A stretch of 60,133 bases of DNA from Phoronis australis (Eukaryota; Animalia; Phoronida): assembly GCA_002633005.1 (NCBI GenBank), contig NMRA01000169.1, positions 716,627-776,759 of the forward strand. The letters are read 5' to 3'. How positions within the stretch are numbered: the first letter of the stretch is position 1; each line of letters begins with the position of its first letter. Shown here piece by piece: positions 37,001 to 48,600 of this stretch. The translations under genes were made by a program, and so were the position numbers. The notes below the pieces were generated by a model that worked only from the letters and a program-made list of their open reading frames with translations, was not told the origin of the DNA and made no database searches.

Positions 37001-40000
37001 AAATACACCGCTCATCCCTAATTCACCGATGAAGGACCACATGCCAGAGACGTACTTTAAACTCTAATGCTAACAGAGTCTTCGTTCGAGACTAGGAAGC
37101 CTACATCGTCACGCATGTTTTGCGCATTTTTCTCGCGGTCTAAATTGCCAAACGTTATGTAAATCACAAATCAGACACCCTGTAAAGCCCCACAGTGACA
37201 TATTTTGGGATGGGACTGCTCTGCTTGAACTTGGCCTGCTTAATCTCAACATCGCGTATACGTGGACTTAAAATCGAATATTCATCTGGGCAATCAGATG
37301 AAATTTTTTTTCAGTGTAAAGAATTTTTGTAATTACTAGCCACATGATCGTCCATTTTTTTCTTTATACTTACTTGTGTCAAAGAATCGGAGGAATATGT
37401 GAATGGCAAATCAATCATTGTTTGATGAAGATGATCACCAATAGTTGGAAAAATATCTGTTAAAATTGAAGTTATTTTATTAACACGTAAATTGATTCAG
37501 TGCAGTGCAAATTGTTGTCAACATGAACGTGATTAGTTGAGCGAACTTTTCAAAATTTCTCGTGTATTCAAAGTTCACGCATACGCCATCTTGCAAATAC
37601 ACACACAGCAGGACCGCTCTGTTTTTTTTGATACGATGAGTTTTCATACAATTGCTTGTTTCGAGTGAAATAACCATGGACGGACTGGAATTCAGTTAAA
37701 ATTGCTCCCGGCCAACGTGATTCACCGATACGAAGCGAATCTCGTAATGTATGCGACATTTCGTGTGCATTTAGATGATATAACATCCGGGAACTTCTTT
37801 ATATTTATTAGAGTGTGGAGATTGCGATTTCGGTTTGACCCTAATCATCAACATCATCATCATCATCATCAGCACCATTATCATCATCACCATCACCATC
37901 GTCATCGTCATCGCCATCACCATCGCCATCACCATCACCACCATCAGCATCATCATCATCGTCATCACCAATCATCATCATCATCGTTGTCGTCGTCCTC
38001 GTCGCCACCACCACCACCACCGCCATCACCACCACCATCATCTTATTTTTCCGAAGCAAAGCTTCAGCAAGGCTAAATTTAGACCCGACAATGTTGGTGC
38101 TGTTATATCCTCTGACTATGGCTAACACAAGCAAAACTATACCTACACAAAAAATTAGTCACCGGGGAGGGAATCGGTCAGAACTTAATTTCATTGCACA
38201 ATTAATTCAGCAATCACCTAAGTTTTATTTGGCCAATTAACGCGCTTTCCCCGGAATAAATTCAAGTGAGTTAGAACTTTGGTAGTTTTATGTTTCTCGC
38301 GTTATATCCAGTTGTACTTACATTTTATTTGTCAGACTTGGAAAGATATGGAGTGGAAATTCGCTAGATCTGCATTATTTATGGAGTTCATTACGGTCAA
38401 GGAGACGTTACCCGTTCCGTTCAACATCATACCAACAGTTAAGGGGATCTTCAACAAAATTGTCAACGTGCTCAAGCCCTGCCTCATGAAACGGGTGAGT
38501 TCGTTCGATTGTCGTAATGTGTTTTAAAGCTCTACTTGCAAACTATTCTCTGATTGCGAGTCCAGTGAGTGTAAACAAGAACACACAAACGTTGTTCCAA
38601 GACACACAAACATTTGCACACACAATCAGTTGTAGGCGAGTACACAAACCTAAGCTCTGACTCTTATACAAACGTAACCTTACCTAGTGAAAAGGGGCCT
38701 ACCGAAATAATTGATCAGTGAGGTTGGTATATTCTATTGTGAGAAAGAATTTTTAAAGCATTGGATGGAACAGGGCCGTTCTGGATTACAACGCGACACT
38801 CGATCTCGCTGTATTTACCCACAATGCCGTAAACATCCGCCAAGCACATTTGCTGATTCGTTTTCACGACACTGGAGATTTATATGTTATTTCTTGTTGT
38901 CGTATTCTTAACAAGGTTTTCTCAGTTGCATTACTCTATTTGTCCTTCAAATGCCAACGAAGTATTACTGCAGCTGTGCTTTGGGCTGTAACTCCGATGT
39001 GGAAAAGCTAGTGTTAAACTGAACAAATACCCGTGGATGCGTGATCTGAAATTTTTGGCCTTCCCGACACCAATAAAAACACGCAAAAGTGTGCCCGAGT
39101 TCCAAACCGAGGTCACAAGCTTTCTTATCCGAGACGGGAGAAAGAAGAGTTCTGTCGCCGTACGTAATCCGGGACGTCCCTATTCATTGCTTCCTTTCCA
39201 TAAACAAAGACTTTTTACCGCAAGTACATGCTAGTGTCTTGGGTCTACGGGACGCAATGATGGACCACAAACCACAAAGCTTGCACTCTCTGGATTGTGT
39301 TCATACTCAAGGTCATGTGCTGCACTTTTGGCGTACTCAGTCAATTCAAAAAGATCGAAATGCTGAGGTAAAAAACAAAGAAAAACCACACACAAGTAAA
39401 TTTATTCTAACGAAACACTTCTATTCAAACTTGTGTTGTTGAAAATCAGAAAGGACAAAAATTAACATTATTCTAAAATCTATTGGTTTATTTCAATGAG
39501 CCGCCGCTGGTATGACGTTTCGTTCGGTCATTTCTCCGGTCATCTTCCGGTGTTGCAGCAGTTGTATGGTACGCTCATGGTGATCTATGATGAGCACTTT
39601 TCGCGCAAAATGGGATTTGAAATAGGGACCTTTAGATTTCTAGTCCAGTACTCTAACAACTACACCATCGAGTCAACTTTGAGGGGAAATTAGTAATACT
39701 TATGTCTGTCTAAGAATTGGATGTAACAAAGTCAGATTTAGGAAGATAGGATACTGTACAAATTGTATACAATCTTGAGCTCGTGACGTGTGAGTGAACG
39801 GTATGAAACCTTAAGATCGGGATTTAATCCACTAAGCGACTGAACAATGGTAGACATAGACACCTGTAAAATGAAAAAAGTCAACGTGGTAGTAATTTCG
39901 GATCTTTGAACGAACGTTTGTTCCTTGTCAAGCACAAAATTATGTCGTAAAATCGCGCAAAAACTCCAATGCGCAATGAACGATTAAGCAACATCTCAGA

Positions 40001-42068
40001 GACGCAAGATAGGGCAACATGTGGCAGCAATTAAATAGGTATTCTCTTTGTACATAAAATCGCCATCAAAAGTATGTTTGTCATTTTGTGTTCAACTGTG
40101 TGATAAGCGAAGATAAGCGTGAGCTAAATCTATGATTTTTCGCAGATTAGTTTGTAGTCCAAGTTTGCACTTTCTTTCTCTACAGCAAAGGAAGATGAAA
40201 ATCGAAAGAATCAAAGAATACCAAGATTTATACAAGCACTTGATGAACAGACTGAAGAATAGGTACATGGCTAGAGTGGAGAAATGTGCAGACTGCCACC
40301 AACTCCGTTCGTCGAAGACGGGTAAATGAAGACTTTTAAAAGGATGTTAATCCCAGCTGTGTTAACAATTTCACCTCTCATTGTATTACCTACAATTCCA
40401 CAATGAGAAATTAGCCTGATAGAAGAAATCAATATTCGACTAAAACTGTTGGGCTTCGAGCGCAGCGTCACAAAGCTGAACGTGGTTTGCTTTGGGTGGT
40501 CCGTCTCCACAGACGACAGTTTTAAAACTCGTCCAAAGCGTTGGTGAACCTTGTCGATTTAGCTGACTTGTAAAAGTTTTCAAACTGGTTTCAAATTTAA
40601 GTTGACGGGTTGCAGAGCATCATTGTTGATTAAAGGGTCTAGCCCTGATTAGTATCGACTGATAGGACAAAGGAGGTTTAATAATCCTCTAAAGAGAAAC
40701 GACTTTGAAGAGACCGATTCCCACTGCCGTGTCACTTTCTTCCAGGCAAAGGAGTTGACGCGGAGTTGAAGTGAAACAATATCATAAAATAGTTATGGCC
40801 TTCATCTAAAAAGATTTTCATGTATACAAAAAAGAAAATACTTATGTCCTCCAAATGAGGAATTTGACCGTTTTTGTGCCAAAGTTTAGGTTGTACAAAC
40901 AACGGAACAAACAATTGCACAGCAAAATCTGACAACATTTTTGATGAACATATACTTCTGCCATAGGTCCAGATGTAAACACAGATCTTAGCGTCAATAT
41001 TTCCTTGCGTTGTTGGTGACCATAACCTTTCCGTTTTACGGCGTGTCATTCAGATATTGTGTAGCAACTCAGAATGGCTGGTTCTGAAAGAGTTTTATAT
41101 AACTTACAAGTCCACACACTTTAGTTGGAGATTGTGATTTACTTGATAAAAGTCAAACATAACCAAAATGCGAGTACTGTGTGCAAACAAGACTCAGAAT
41201 AACAGCAAACTCTACGAATGTGTCATCTCTCCTACGATCACTCAGTCATGGAATATGCGATATAATGATCACTCCAGGATACTGCAAGAACTGGTGGATC
41301 TAGGATTACGTGCAGGGTACTCACTATTTTTGACAAAATATATCCCCGTAGCCCCTTAAAACAGCAAGCTGGGTTGGGGAGTCGTGTTCCCCTTTGATCG
41401 GTTGCATGAAACAATCCCAAATAGGGACTCAACCAAGGTCCCTAAGTCTTTTTACATGTTTGTGTTTTTATAGACTCACAGATGCAATATTTTTCTATCA
41501 TTTCATCTTTATTATTAGCTCCTCTTTGATAAATGACATTTTCTAATAGTTGAACTAAAAACTGAGCCTAGAGTTCATTGAAAATAAATAGGGACTCAGT
41601 CCTTAAATTGGGGTTGTTGCATGAAAAGATCCCTTAATATTTTCGATAATATTGACAAAACAACGTAGAAATCACTCTCGACTTGTATTAAAATCAGAAG
41701 TTGACTTGGTAATGAAACTAAAACAATTCAAGAAAGGGCAATCCATGTTTTCACAAGTCCAAAAATACGCAGTAGATTTAGGGAACTTAGTTGAGTCCCT
41801 ATTTGGGACTGTTTCATGCAACCGAGCACTTAACTCCACCTATGGCAAATGGTGCTATAATTTTGTTTTAGGGGACAAACCAGACACGGAAACTGTGGAG
41901 GATGCCAGCGATATAAAGACCTTGATCAGCTCTTACTTCGAGTTACGTCTCCCGGACCATTATCATCCAAGTCAGATCTACTCGGCAATCAGGCAAGCCC
42001 GGGGGCGCGAAGTGGATAATCCAGACAAAGAGCTGGATAACTTATTTAACGTTACCTCCCAGGCGTAA
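27111..42068 (+). CDS. TRPC-family (short transient receptor potential-like) cation channel, divergent (12 exons, ~749 aa)
   Basis: Exons 27111-27204, 28230-28558, 28895-29068, 29335-29541, 32568-32823, 34336-34587, 34912-35049, 35718-35832, 36375-36567, 38336-38494, 40186-40321 and 41872-42068 join in phase (2250 nt). Motifs: PKPHDYHC, RTKWHPFD, LGPLLICFGKMI, LFWSLYG, LLNMLIAMLSSSYQ, EWKFAR, LPVPFNIIP, DIKTLISS. Confidence 0.88.
28230..28558 (+). CDS. TRPC-like exon (last ankyrin + TRP_2 domain)
   Basis: PLVYIASKNNY...LPKPHDYHCKEPGC...RMATYKALCQPVYLLTKEDPIKEA. Confidence 0.85.
28895..29068 (+). CDS. TRPC-like exon (linker helices)
   Basis: SEYEELGEQLEEFCCNMVNMCYTQKEVEVFLN...AIHDGAKK; phase 0/0. 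Confidence 0.85.
29335..29541 (+). CDS. TRPC-like exon (pre-S1 elbow)
   Basis: FIVNEIVQQYIKRKFY...PVFIVFQIPMVLVYALFG. Confidence 0.8.
29941..31520 (-). mobile_element. CR1/L2-type LINE, 5'-truncated RT with frameshifts
   Basis: FLDFKKAFDLVD, YADDTT, KLLGVTVDKTLSW, QWNNLP; 3' (ATT)n tail at 29941-30033. Confidence 0.88.
32568..32823 (+). CDS. TRPC-like exon (S1-S2)
   Basis: PAIKYYTHTIWYVFFLLVV...WYILLWVIG. Confidence 0.85.
33839..34018 (+). mobile_element. 3'-end fragment of the same LINE family in inverted orientation
   Basis: 33839-33931 is the reverse complement of 30033-30125 with ~3 mismatches, followed by (TAT)n. Confidence 0.8.
34336..34587 (+). CDS. TRPC-like exon (S2-S3)
   Basis: DLKQMHWMGLRKYFSEFFNWVD. 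Confidence 0.88.
34912..35049 (+). CDS. TRPC-like exon (S4 and S4-S5 linker)
   Basis: RTKWHPFDFETIGNCFFAFANLLSIVRL...LGPLLICFG. Confidence 0.9.
35465..35690. repeat. Degenerate (CTA)n microsatellite
   Basis: Read directly from the sequence. Confidence 0.9.
35718..35832 (+). CDS. TRPC-like exon (S5)
   Basis: KMIRDTLYFLAPFMIIFVAFYVGVYNVYGPY, read by hand. Confidence 0.85.
35852..36284. mobile_element. Candidate TTAA-flanked (Kolobok/piggyBac-type) non-autonomous element
   Basis: TTAA|GGGCAAT...ATTGCCC|TTAA; the TIR is short. Confidence 0.4.
36375..36567 (+). CDS. TRPC-like exon (pore helix and S6)
   Basis: ALFWSLYGKGD...VIMLLNMLIAMLSSSYQHTE, read by hand. Confidence 0.9.
36551..36602 (+). 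repeat. 26-bp tandem duplication spanning a splice donor
   Basis: cctatcaacacacagaggtaggccct x2. Confidence 0.95.
37843..38042. repeat. (CAT/CAC)n microsatellite
   Basis: Read directly from the sequence. Confidence 0.95.
38336..38494 (+). CDS. TRPC-like exon (TRP box)
   Basis: EWKFARSALFMEF...TLPVPFNIIPTVK. Confidence 0.92.
39575..39672 (-). mobile_element. tRNA-derived SINE head (degenerate)
   Basis: Minus strand TGGTGTAGTTGTTAGAG (A-box-like) ... TTTCAAATCCC (B-box-like); no complete cloverleaf. Confidence 0.35.
40186..40321 (+). CDS. TRPC-like exon (rib helix)
   Basis: YQDLYKHLMNRLKNRY; G|gtaaa donor, with an in-frame TGA ending at 40329 if unspliced. Confidence 0.8.
41398..41825. mobile_element. 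MITE with ~52-bp TIRs
   Basis: tcggttgcatgaaacaatcccaaatagggactcaacc... and its reverse complement at 41774-41825 (~4 mismatches); a related end occurs near 58845. Confidence 0.7.
41872..42068 (+). CDS. TRPC-like terminal exon (C-terminal coiled coil)
   Basis: tttag|GG phase 1; VEDASDIKTLISSYFEL resembles the TRPC EIKQDISS.RYE motif; ends at TAA. Confidence 0.72.
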
Positions 42069-42475
42069 TTTGCTCATAGGTACATGTATACACTCAGAGT
42101 GCGTGACCAGATTTCCAGGTTGACACTTACAGACCAGTTACTTGCTCCGCTCCATCAAACTTGATTTAAACAAGTTTCATCTTGTTTTACATCAACCGGC
42201 ATCATTTTCTTTCTTTTCTGATTACCATGGCTATAAGCCCGCCTGTGACTAATTTAGCTTTACTATTTTATAAAGTTACCGACCTCGATTGCAGCAATAC
42301 TACCGAATCTCAGGCAATCAACATAGGGAATTGTCAACGTCTAATGAAATCATAAAAAACACCTAGGCTTTCACACTTGGTAACGCCGGTCAAACTTAAT
42401 ACCTTTAAGAAACCTATACCGTTTTATTATCCCCAAATTCGTTTCAACCCCTAAACCAACTGTTTTCCTTCATGT

Positions 42476-42655
42476 TCAAAGGGCAACGCTGCAGGGAATT
42501 CTTTCTGGAAGCAGATAGAGATATTCAAACTCTTTTTTCTCGTTCCTCGCGTGGATGGTCTTCGATATCTGGGCAAGATTTTGTCGAAATTTCGCCTGGC
42601 CAAGTTTTGCTTCCTCTTCGGCGAACAACTCTTCTGGGAAACTCCCCAGTAATAC
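42476..42655 (-). CDS. LOX terminal exon
   Basis: LGSFPEELFAEEEAK...YLYLLPERIPCSVAL-TGA; minus-strand AATAAA at 42423-42428. Confidence 0.9.
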   Translation of the reverse strand, partial: VLLGSFPEELFAEEEAKLGQAKFRQNLAQISKTIHARNEKKEFEYLYLLPERIPCSVAL

Positions 42656-45600
42656 CTGCAGTAGATGACATATTGGTGCAGACATTTTTCGACCTGGTAT
42701 ACTTCATCCAATAGTATATTGGTGACATTTGATGCATGCATTACGTTTACCACGTCAGTTGTTTTTTTATGTGTTACTATATAATAATATCTAGTCAAAT
42801 ATGGACCGAGGGAGAGCAATATTGACCGAGGCCGTGAGCCAAGGGCAGTACTCTTCTGCTCGAGGGAACGCTCTACATATGTTTCACCATACGATCGTTG
42901 ATGCTTCCTTCATCTGAACTTCGGTCTACTATTAGATAGCCAGTTTCTTACTTGCTTTGATGTTCTGACTTCGTGTTCTCGCTTTGTTTACTGTTTTCAG
43001 TTTTGTTGCCGCATCTAATTGGTCAGATCAAGAATAGCGAGATCTGGCGGCCGAGCGGCATGAATGAAAAGTGTATTCTACAGCGAGGCAGTCAACTTCA
43101 TCTCTTAAGGAAGTAATCATAAGACATTGTAGCTAATAAGAGGACAGACGCATCAGTGCTCGTGTAATAATATTTGTTATTTTAGTATGTCATATTACAT
43201 AACATCAATTAGGTTTATTAAATTTTAAATTTTGCATGCAATATGTAGTAGTATGACATTATAATATATACATGTAGAAGTATACATACTATACACAGTG
43301 TTACCTTATGGGCATAAACGGCAAGTAGGTTATTGTACTGACATAGAGAATGGAGATTTTCAGGAAGGTGTCGCACAAGTGTGAACAAGTATGGGCAAAG
43401 ATAACTCGGTCCAAACATGAACTCTGAAGAAGCAACCTACCTCTGTATCTATGAACCTTGTTAAGGCATGGGTAATTGTAACTGCCGCTGCTGTCAGGAT
43501 GTGGTCCGGAAGTGTCGCCATAATGTCTTCCATTTGTACTTCACGCTTTCGCTAAAAGATGACAAAACGTTGACCTGTTTGAAGATAGTTTCTTGTTCAG
43601 GAATTTGTGGAACATGTTAATTTTTTTGCTATTCATGATGGAGCACGATTTGATTTGTGAAGTACTTTAAGCGGACCAGGAAGCCCCAAATAGAAAACAC
43701 TGTCTTTCCAAAAGTGAAATTTTATGATATCAAAATGATTGCCATTAACGTTGTTTGAATTATTGGTGTGAAAACATATTATAGATCTGCATCTCTATTA
43801 GAAGACAAGTAACTAATTACCAAGGTTTCTGTCTCCTACATCACGTTTTTCGGGTTAAAATTGATATTGGAAAGGCTTAAGGACGAAGTTTCAGACCAGA
43901 TTTCACCTCATTAGTGAACAGGCGTAGAAACACCAACGTCTGTGGCACTTTGGTTCTAGTATCCTTGCATTGTCACGTAAAATTTCTCCCAACCATTATC
44001 TTAGTTTCAAACATTAACTCAGCCTTTTTTCAACTCGTCTGCACAATTCAAAAAGCAAACCTACTTCTGGCGGTGGTTTACGAAGAGCCATCGGATAGGC
44101 TGGAGGAAAAGCCATGTGGTGAAACTGGCCAAAGTTAACCGCCGCATGCTGGCAAGAACAATTGAAGATGATCATAGCCATTGTAGTGCTTAGCTCATCC
44201 ACAGTTCTTATACTGTCCGGGCACTGTTTGTCAATTCCACCCTCAACAAACGGGAAACCATACGTGTGGAGCTGAAAAAAACATGTCGCGGACTACACAA
44301 AATGTCGTACAGACATTGAAAGCTAATGACAGTAACTAATTTAAAGTTATTTAGCTCTGTTGTATCTGGGTTTGGCAACGCAGATCTTGATAATAGAAAA
44401 TTGATACCACGTTTGTAGACAAAATCTAAAATGCACAACAGTCAGTAAACCTTCAAACCATGACAGGCTACATGAGGCAGACCTGTCTGTATACGACGGC
44501 GGGCGAGTCGAAGATAAAAATTTTGCTCCTTGTTTTAGTTTAAGCGCTGTATACATTTGACGTCACCGGTATTTTGCTGTTAAGCAGCAATGATCAGTGA
44601 AGTGGAAAATCGGTTAAAGCGAATAAATAAAAAATTCAGTGTGGTTTGAATTTTTTATTTATTCTCTTTAACCGATTTTCCACTTCACTGATCATTGCTG
44701 CTTAACAGCAAAATACCGGTGACGTCAAATGTATACAGCGCTTCAACTGGCCCTATACAACACGGGATGGTTTTCCTGATTATCAATACTTGGCACACAG
44801 ACAGAACACAGGTCCGTTGGAAGCTATTGAGACAGGAAAGTACAAAATTGTGATTAATAAACGCTCAAATCATTGTCACCCGACTTACACTAGCTTTCCG
44901 ATTCCCAACCCTGGACTTTACTGTCACTAATAGAGCTCTCCCTTGTCCGGAGGTAAGAAACCGCATTGTTTTCACTAGCCTCGTTTTGGAACGCCAAGCA
45001 CATTTCTTGGGAGTTTGATGACAGAGACCATCATCAGACTTGGTACATTGCTGATAACATCAGCAGACTTGGGGCATTTATGACAGCGCTCATCAGCTGA
45101 CTTGGGACATTGGTGATAACGCTCATCAACTGATTTGGGACATTGATTACTACGCTCACCAACAGACTTGGGACATGCTAATAACGCTCATCAACAGACT
45201 TGGGACATAGATGGCAACGCTCATTAGACCTTGGACATTATTGATAACGCTCATCAACAAACATGGGAAGCCCAGATATGCTGTTTTCTAGTGCTTTCTG
45301 TGCTTAACTACTATTGTATGTTGATTTTTTTTTGTAATTAGCATTAAAAAAACGGACTCGGACTTGGGACATCCATGATAACGCTCATCATCTGACCAGG
45401 GTCGTTGCTTTGAAAAGTGATATTGTTAAAACAATGCCACTACAATTTTAGAAGTTTTGCCTTATTCATAAAAGAAGTTTGAAAACTCAAAATCGGCTGC
45501 AGTTTATTTCAAATCAAAACTGGCGGTCAGGTCACAACAAACCAATGTTTGACTTTTTACTGTATAAATTCAGATTTTCTCGGAAAGGATTCACGCATGA

Positions 45601-48600
45601 AACATGAACTTTAATGGGGATAAGCAATTGACGTATGAATATTTATTTGATGAAACGTGATTGGACTTCGGAAGGGGTTGACTTACCTGAACTGGCAAAA
45701 GCAGACCTCAATGAACAGTGGGGTGGTACGTGCGCACCAGTTACTCCCCGTGGCATGAAACCTACAGCACCAACCATGTTATCAATGTATGAAACTATGT
45801 GTCGTTCCGTCACTGGACACAGGCTAGACATTCTTACCTCCATCATGAAGTTTTGTAGCTCTTCGTCTGCTGCGACGTCACTGTCAGTGGTATAAAAGAT
45901 GCTGACCATGTGCTTGGAATACTGTAGGATGGCGCTCCACAGCAGTAGTGCGTCGTCTCTGTAGTGGTAGTTCGGCAGCAAGTCCGCGTCATCTACGCCA
46001 CGATTAGCAAATTCTTGAGGAATGTTAAGGTTGGTCCATTGGAAACGCTTGCGGTAGCGTGTCTTCATGACCTCTAGGTGATGACCGTCTGTAAACGTGA
46101 AATAAATTCGTTCCACTTACAGCTGTGGTGCTTGCATGGCGCTTTTAATTTAAACCTAAGTGAAGGTCCTTTGTCCTGACCTGGAGCTCTCGATAATAGA
46201 TTGCTCTTCGAACTCCATCAATTCCGTTTTGTCACGTAATTCTACGCTGGTGGATGGCACTCATTTAAGGAGTAATTACCTTTTCATGAAGTGATTATAT
46301 GTAAAATGTGTTGCCCGACCACATTTGTCTAACTTTTTGCTAAATGTGACCCTGTCATAAGTTTTAGTACCAAAACACTCTGAACCAATGCAATAATGTT
46401 AGAGACCGTCTCTTTTCCTGAATGTAAGTCTCTTTTTACGGAACATCAACATGAGAAGCAACGGCGTCATCTGCTCTATTTGAATGGTGCAAAGAATAGG
46501 CGACCCCTTGTAGCCTGGCCTAAAGATCAAGAGTTAAAATATGAAACAAGAAGTTTCAAAACCTACTTTAATTACAATTATTTTCACCTGCATGAAAAAC
46601 ATTGNTTCTCTGACGGTTACGTTGCCTCGCATAACGCAGAGTAGGCGACCACTGAAGCTTCAGAAACTAAAAGATAGAAAACGAGAAAAAATCCTACGTT
46701 GACACCGTCACCGGTAGAGATTAGACAATTCGACCGTTTCACCCGCCACGAAATCAGCCGACCAACTTAAAGAATTCCGTTCACTTACGGGCAATTGCAT
46801 GGCTGTGCACGCAGCAGAATTCTGGTGTTATCGCTCTAGTTTGGCTAATTACAGTCTACAATCCACACTGGGGCCAGCATTAGATAGTAAATATCCTGTT
46901 GCTCATTCTCGACGGTATACAACCTGGCAATTATCAAGGCTCATAACTCAGCAGGGTGCAGTTTTCAATTGAGGTGAGCCACATTCTTGGCATGTAAGTT
47001 TGCACAACTAAAAATGTTGCACATGGGAGCGTTTAACAAATATAACATCGCCAACTTTCCAATGGCAGCCATTTCGCTAATGTATGCTGAACAGGTATCT
47101 AAACTGACGTGATCGTAGGTTGTCGTGCTACTCACAAAAACGTCTTGGTGACAGCTTCACTACCACAGCTTGTTCAAAGTATAACTTGTATACACTCTAG
47201 TCTTCACAAAACTTATCAGAAATACAGTCTAGATACAAGACTAGGTTTTCTTGATCTAGAAAGCAACCCCAGCAGCATGCGCAGTGCATGAATTTACTCT
47301 CTGGGTCACTAATGGTATGCCATACCTTCATTTCATCCTCCAGTGAGAGACCTCGTTGTAGGAACTTTCCAACCATCTCGTCCGTCACAGGAAAGTTGTC
47401 GGGGAGTTTATTGCATCTCTCTATCGTAATCGGATTAGGTCCGTTAAGGACCAAGTTACCAAACACGGTATCTTCGTCCCAGTTGTCTATATACCACTTT
47501 ATATAATTCATATCTTCCCCAGAACCAAGAAACCTACAAAAACAAATTCAAGCAGCTAATTAATCAAGAGTCGGTCCTTGCTTTTCTAAAAACTAGATGC
47601 ATTTGACTGTCTTGTATGTTCGTGTATAGACCTGTGTGCCAGTATCTGAAATACAGGTGGTTTTCAAAAAGTATTTTGTCCAAGTGTTTTGCACATAGTA
47701 AGGGGAAAAGGCAGATAGGAGTCAGATAAAAAGATGGATCATCTGCTTAAAATTGTGCAGGACCTTATCAGCAAGACTGCAGGGGTGGATTCAAGATTTT
47801 GAANGGGGGCAGAACAGAGTATTATCCAGGATTTAGCCATTCAGACATTCGCACTCCCGAGCTGCTAAATGGAATCTGGGATAATTATAGGGGGCTATGG
47901 CCCGTCGGCCCCTCTAGGTCCGCTACTACAACTAAAACCATAGAATTTAATGAGCAAAAATATATGTTTTCTGAAATTAAAAATTTCGAAAAATTTGATT
48001 TTTGACATAATATTAATTTGTCATTAATGGACTCACATCACCATCCTTTATAATAACATTAAGTGAAAAAGAAAAGTACACATTCAAAACAAAACTACAG
48101 GATCAATAACATCAATCAATTTGGTATGATATAAAAGTTCAAAATAAAATCCCAAACACGTCGTTACTCTTTTGGAAATGATCGTTTCGTTTTCGTTTTA
48201 TTCAACTTTAATTTTTTTTCATAAAAAAGAACCTCAAAAATTCTGTTGCATCCGACCAGCCATTTCTGAGATATAATGTTCCAGGGATGGCCAAACTGTA
48301 ATTTTCTAGGGTCCTACGTCCAAAAGCGTACTGTCTGCGTCTTGTGATTAATATTAGCACACTATTCATGTGGAAAATGCTAAACAATTACGTGCAATAA
48401 CCACAGTCGCGTCATTGGAATGCAGCCTTTTCATCGTCAGAAGGCAGATCTGCCGCCTAATTTGTGGACAACGGTAAGGAGGTAGATCAGACGTCTAACG
48501 GGGGTTTGACACTTGATTTTTAAACGGCAGATCAATGGTCTAACGAGGTTTTGCACGTGATTTTTAGACGGCCGATGACATGTTCGATTTGGCTTCCGTT

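Noticed and set aside
37702-38134. His-rich, Met-rich and Asp-rich ORFs
   Set aside because: Translations of a (CAT)n microsatellite within a channel intron; not needed for exon phase.
39600-39675. tRNA gene
   Set aside because: Only degenerate A/B boxes and no acceptor stem; better read as a SINE head.
41652-41871. 5' part of the 138-aa ORF
   Set aside because: Overlaps a MITE and intron; only 41872-42068 fits as an exon.
45000-45400. Repeat array resembling CRISPR
   Set aside because: Degenerate tandem units without spacers, and no cas genes.
45643-45837. Extension of the 157-aa LOX ORF (VRMSSLCP...)
   Set aside because: LOX similarity stops at FMME, where a GTAAGA donor joins in phase to 44271; the rest is intron.
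46965-47090. Minus-strand peptide YLLNAPMC as a candidate missing LOX exon
   Set aside because: The resemblance to LAAPIC is slight, it runs into a stop, and it lacks PIAIQL.
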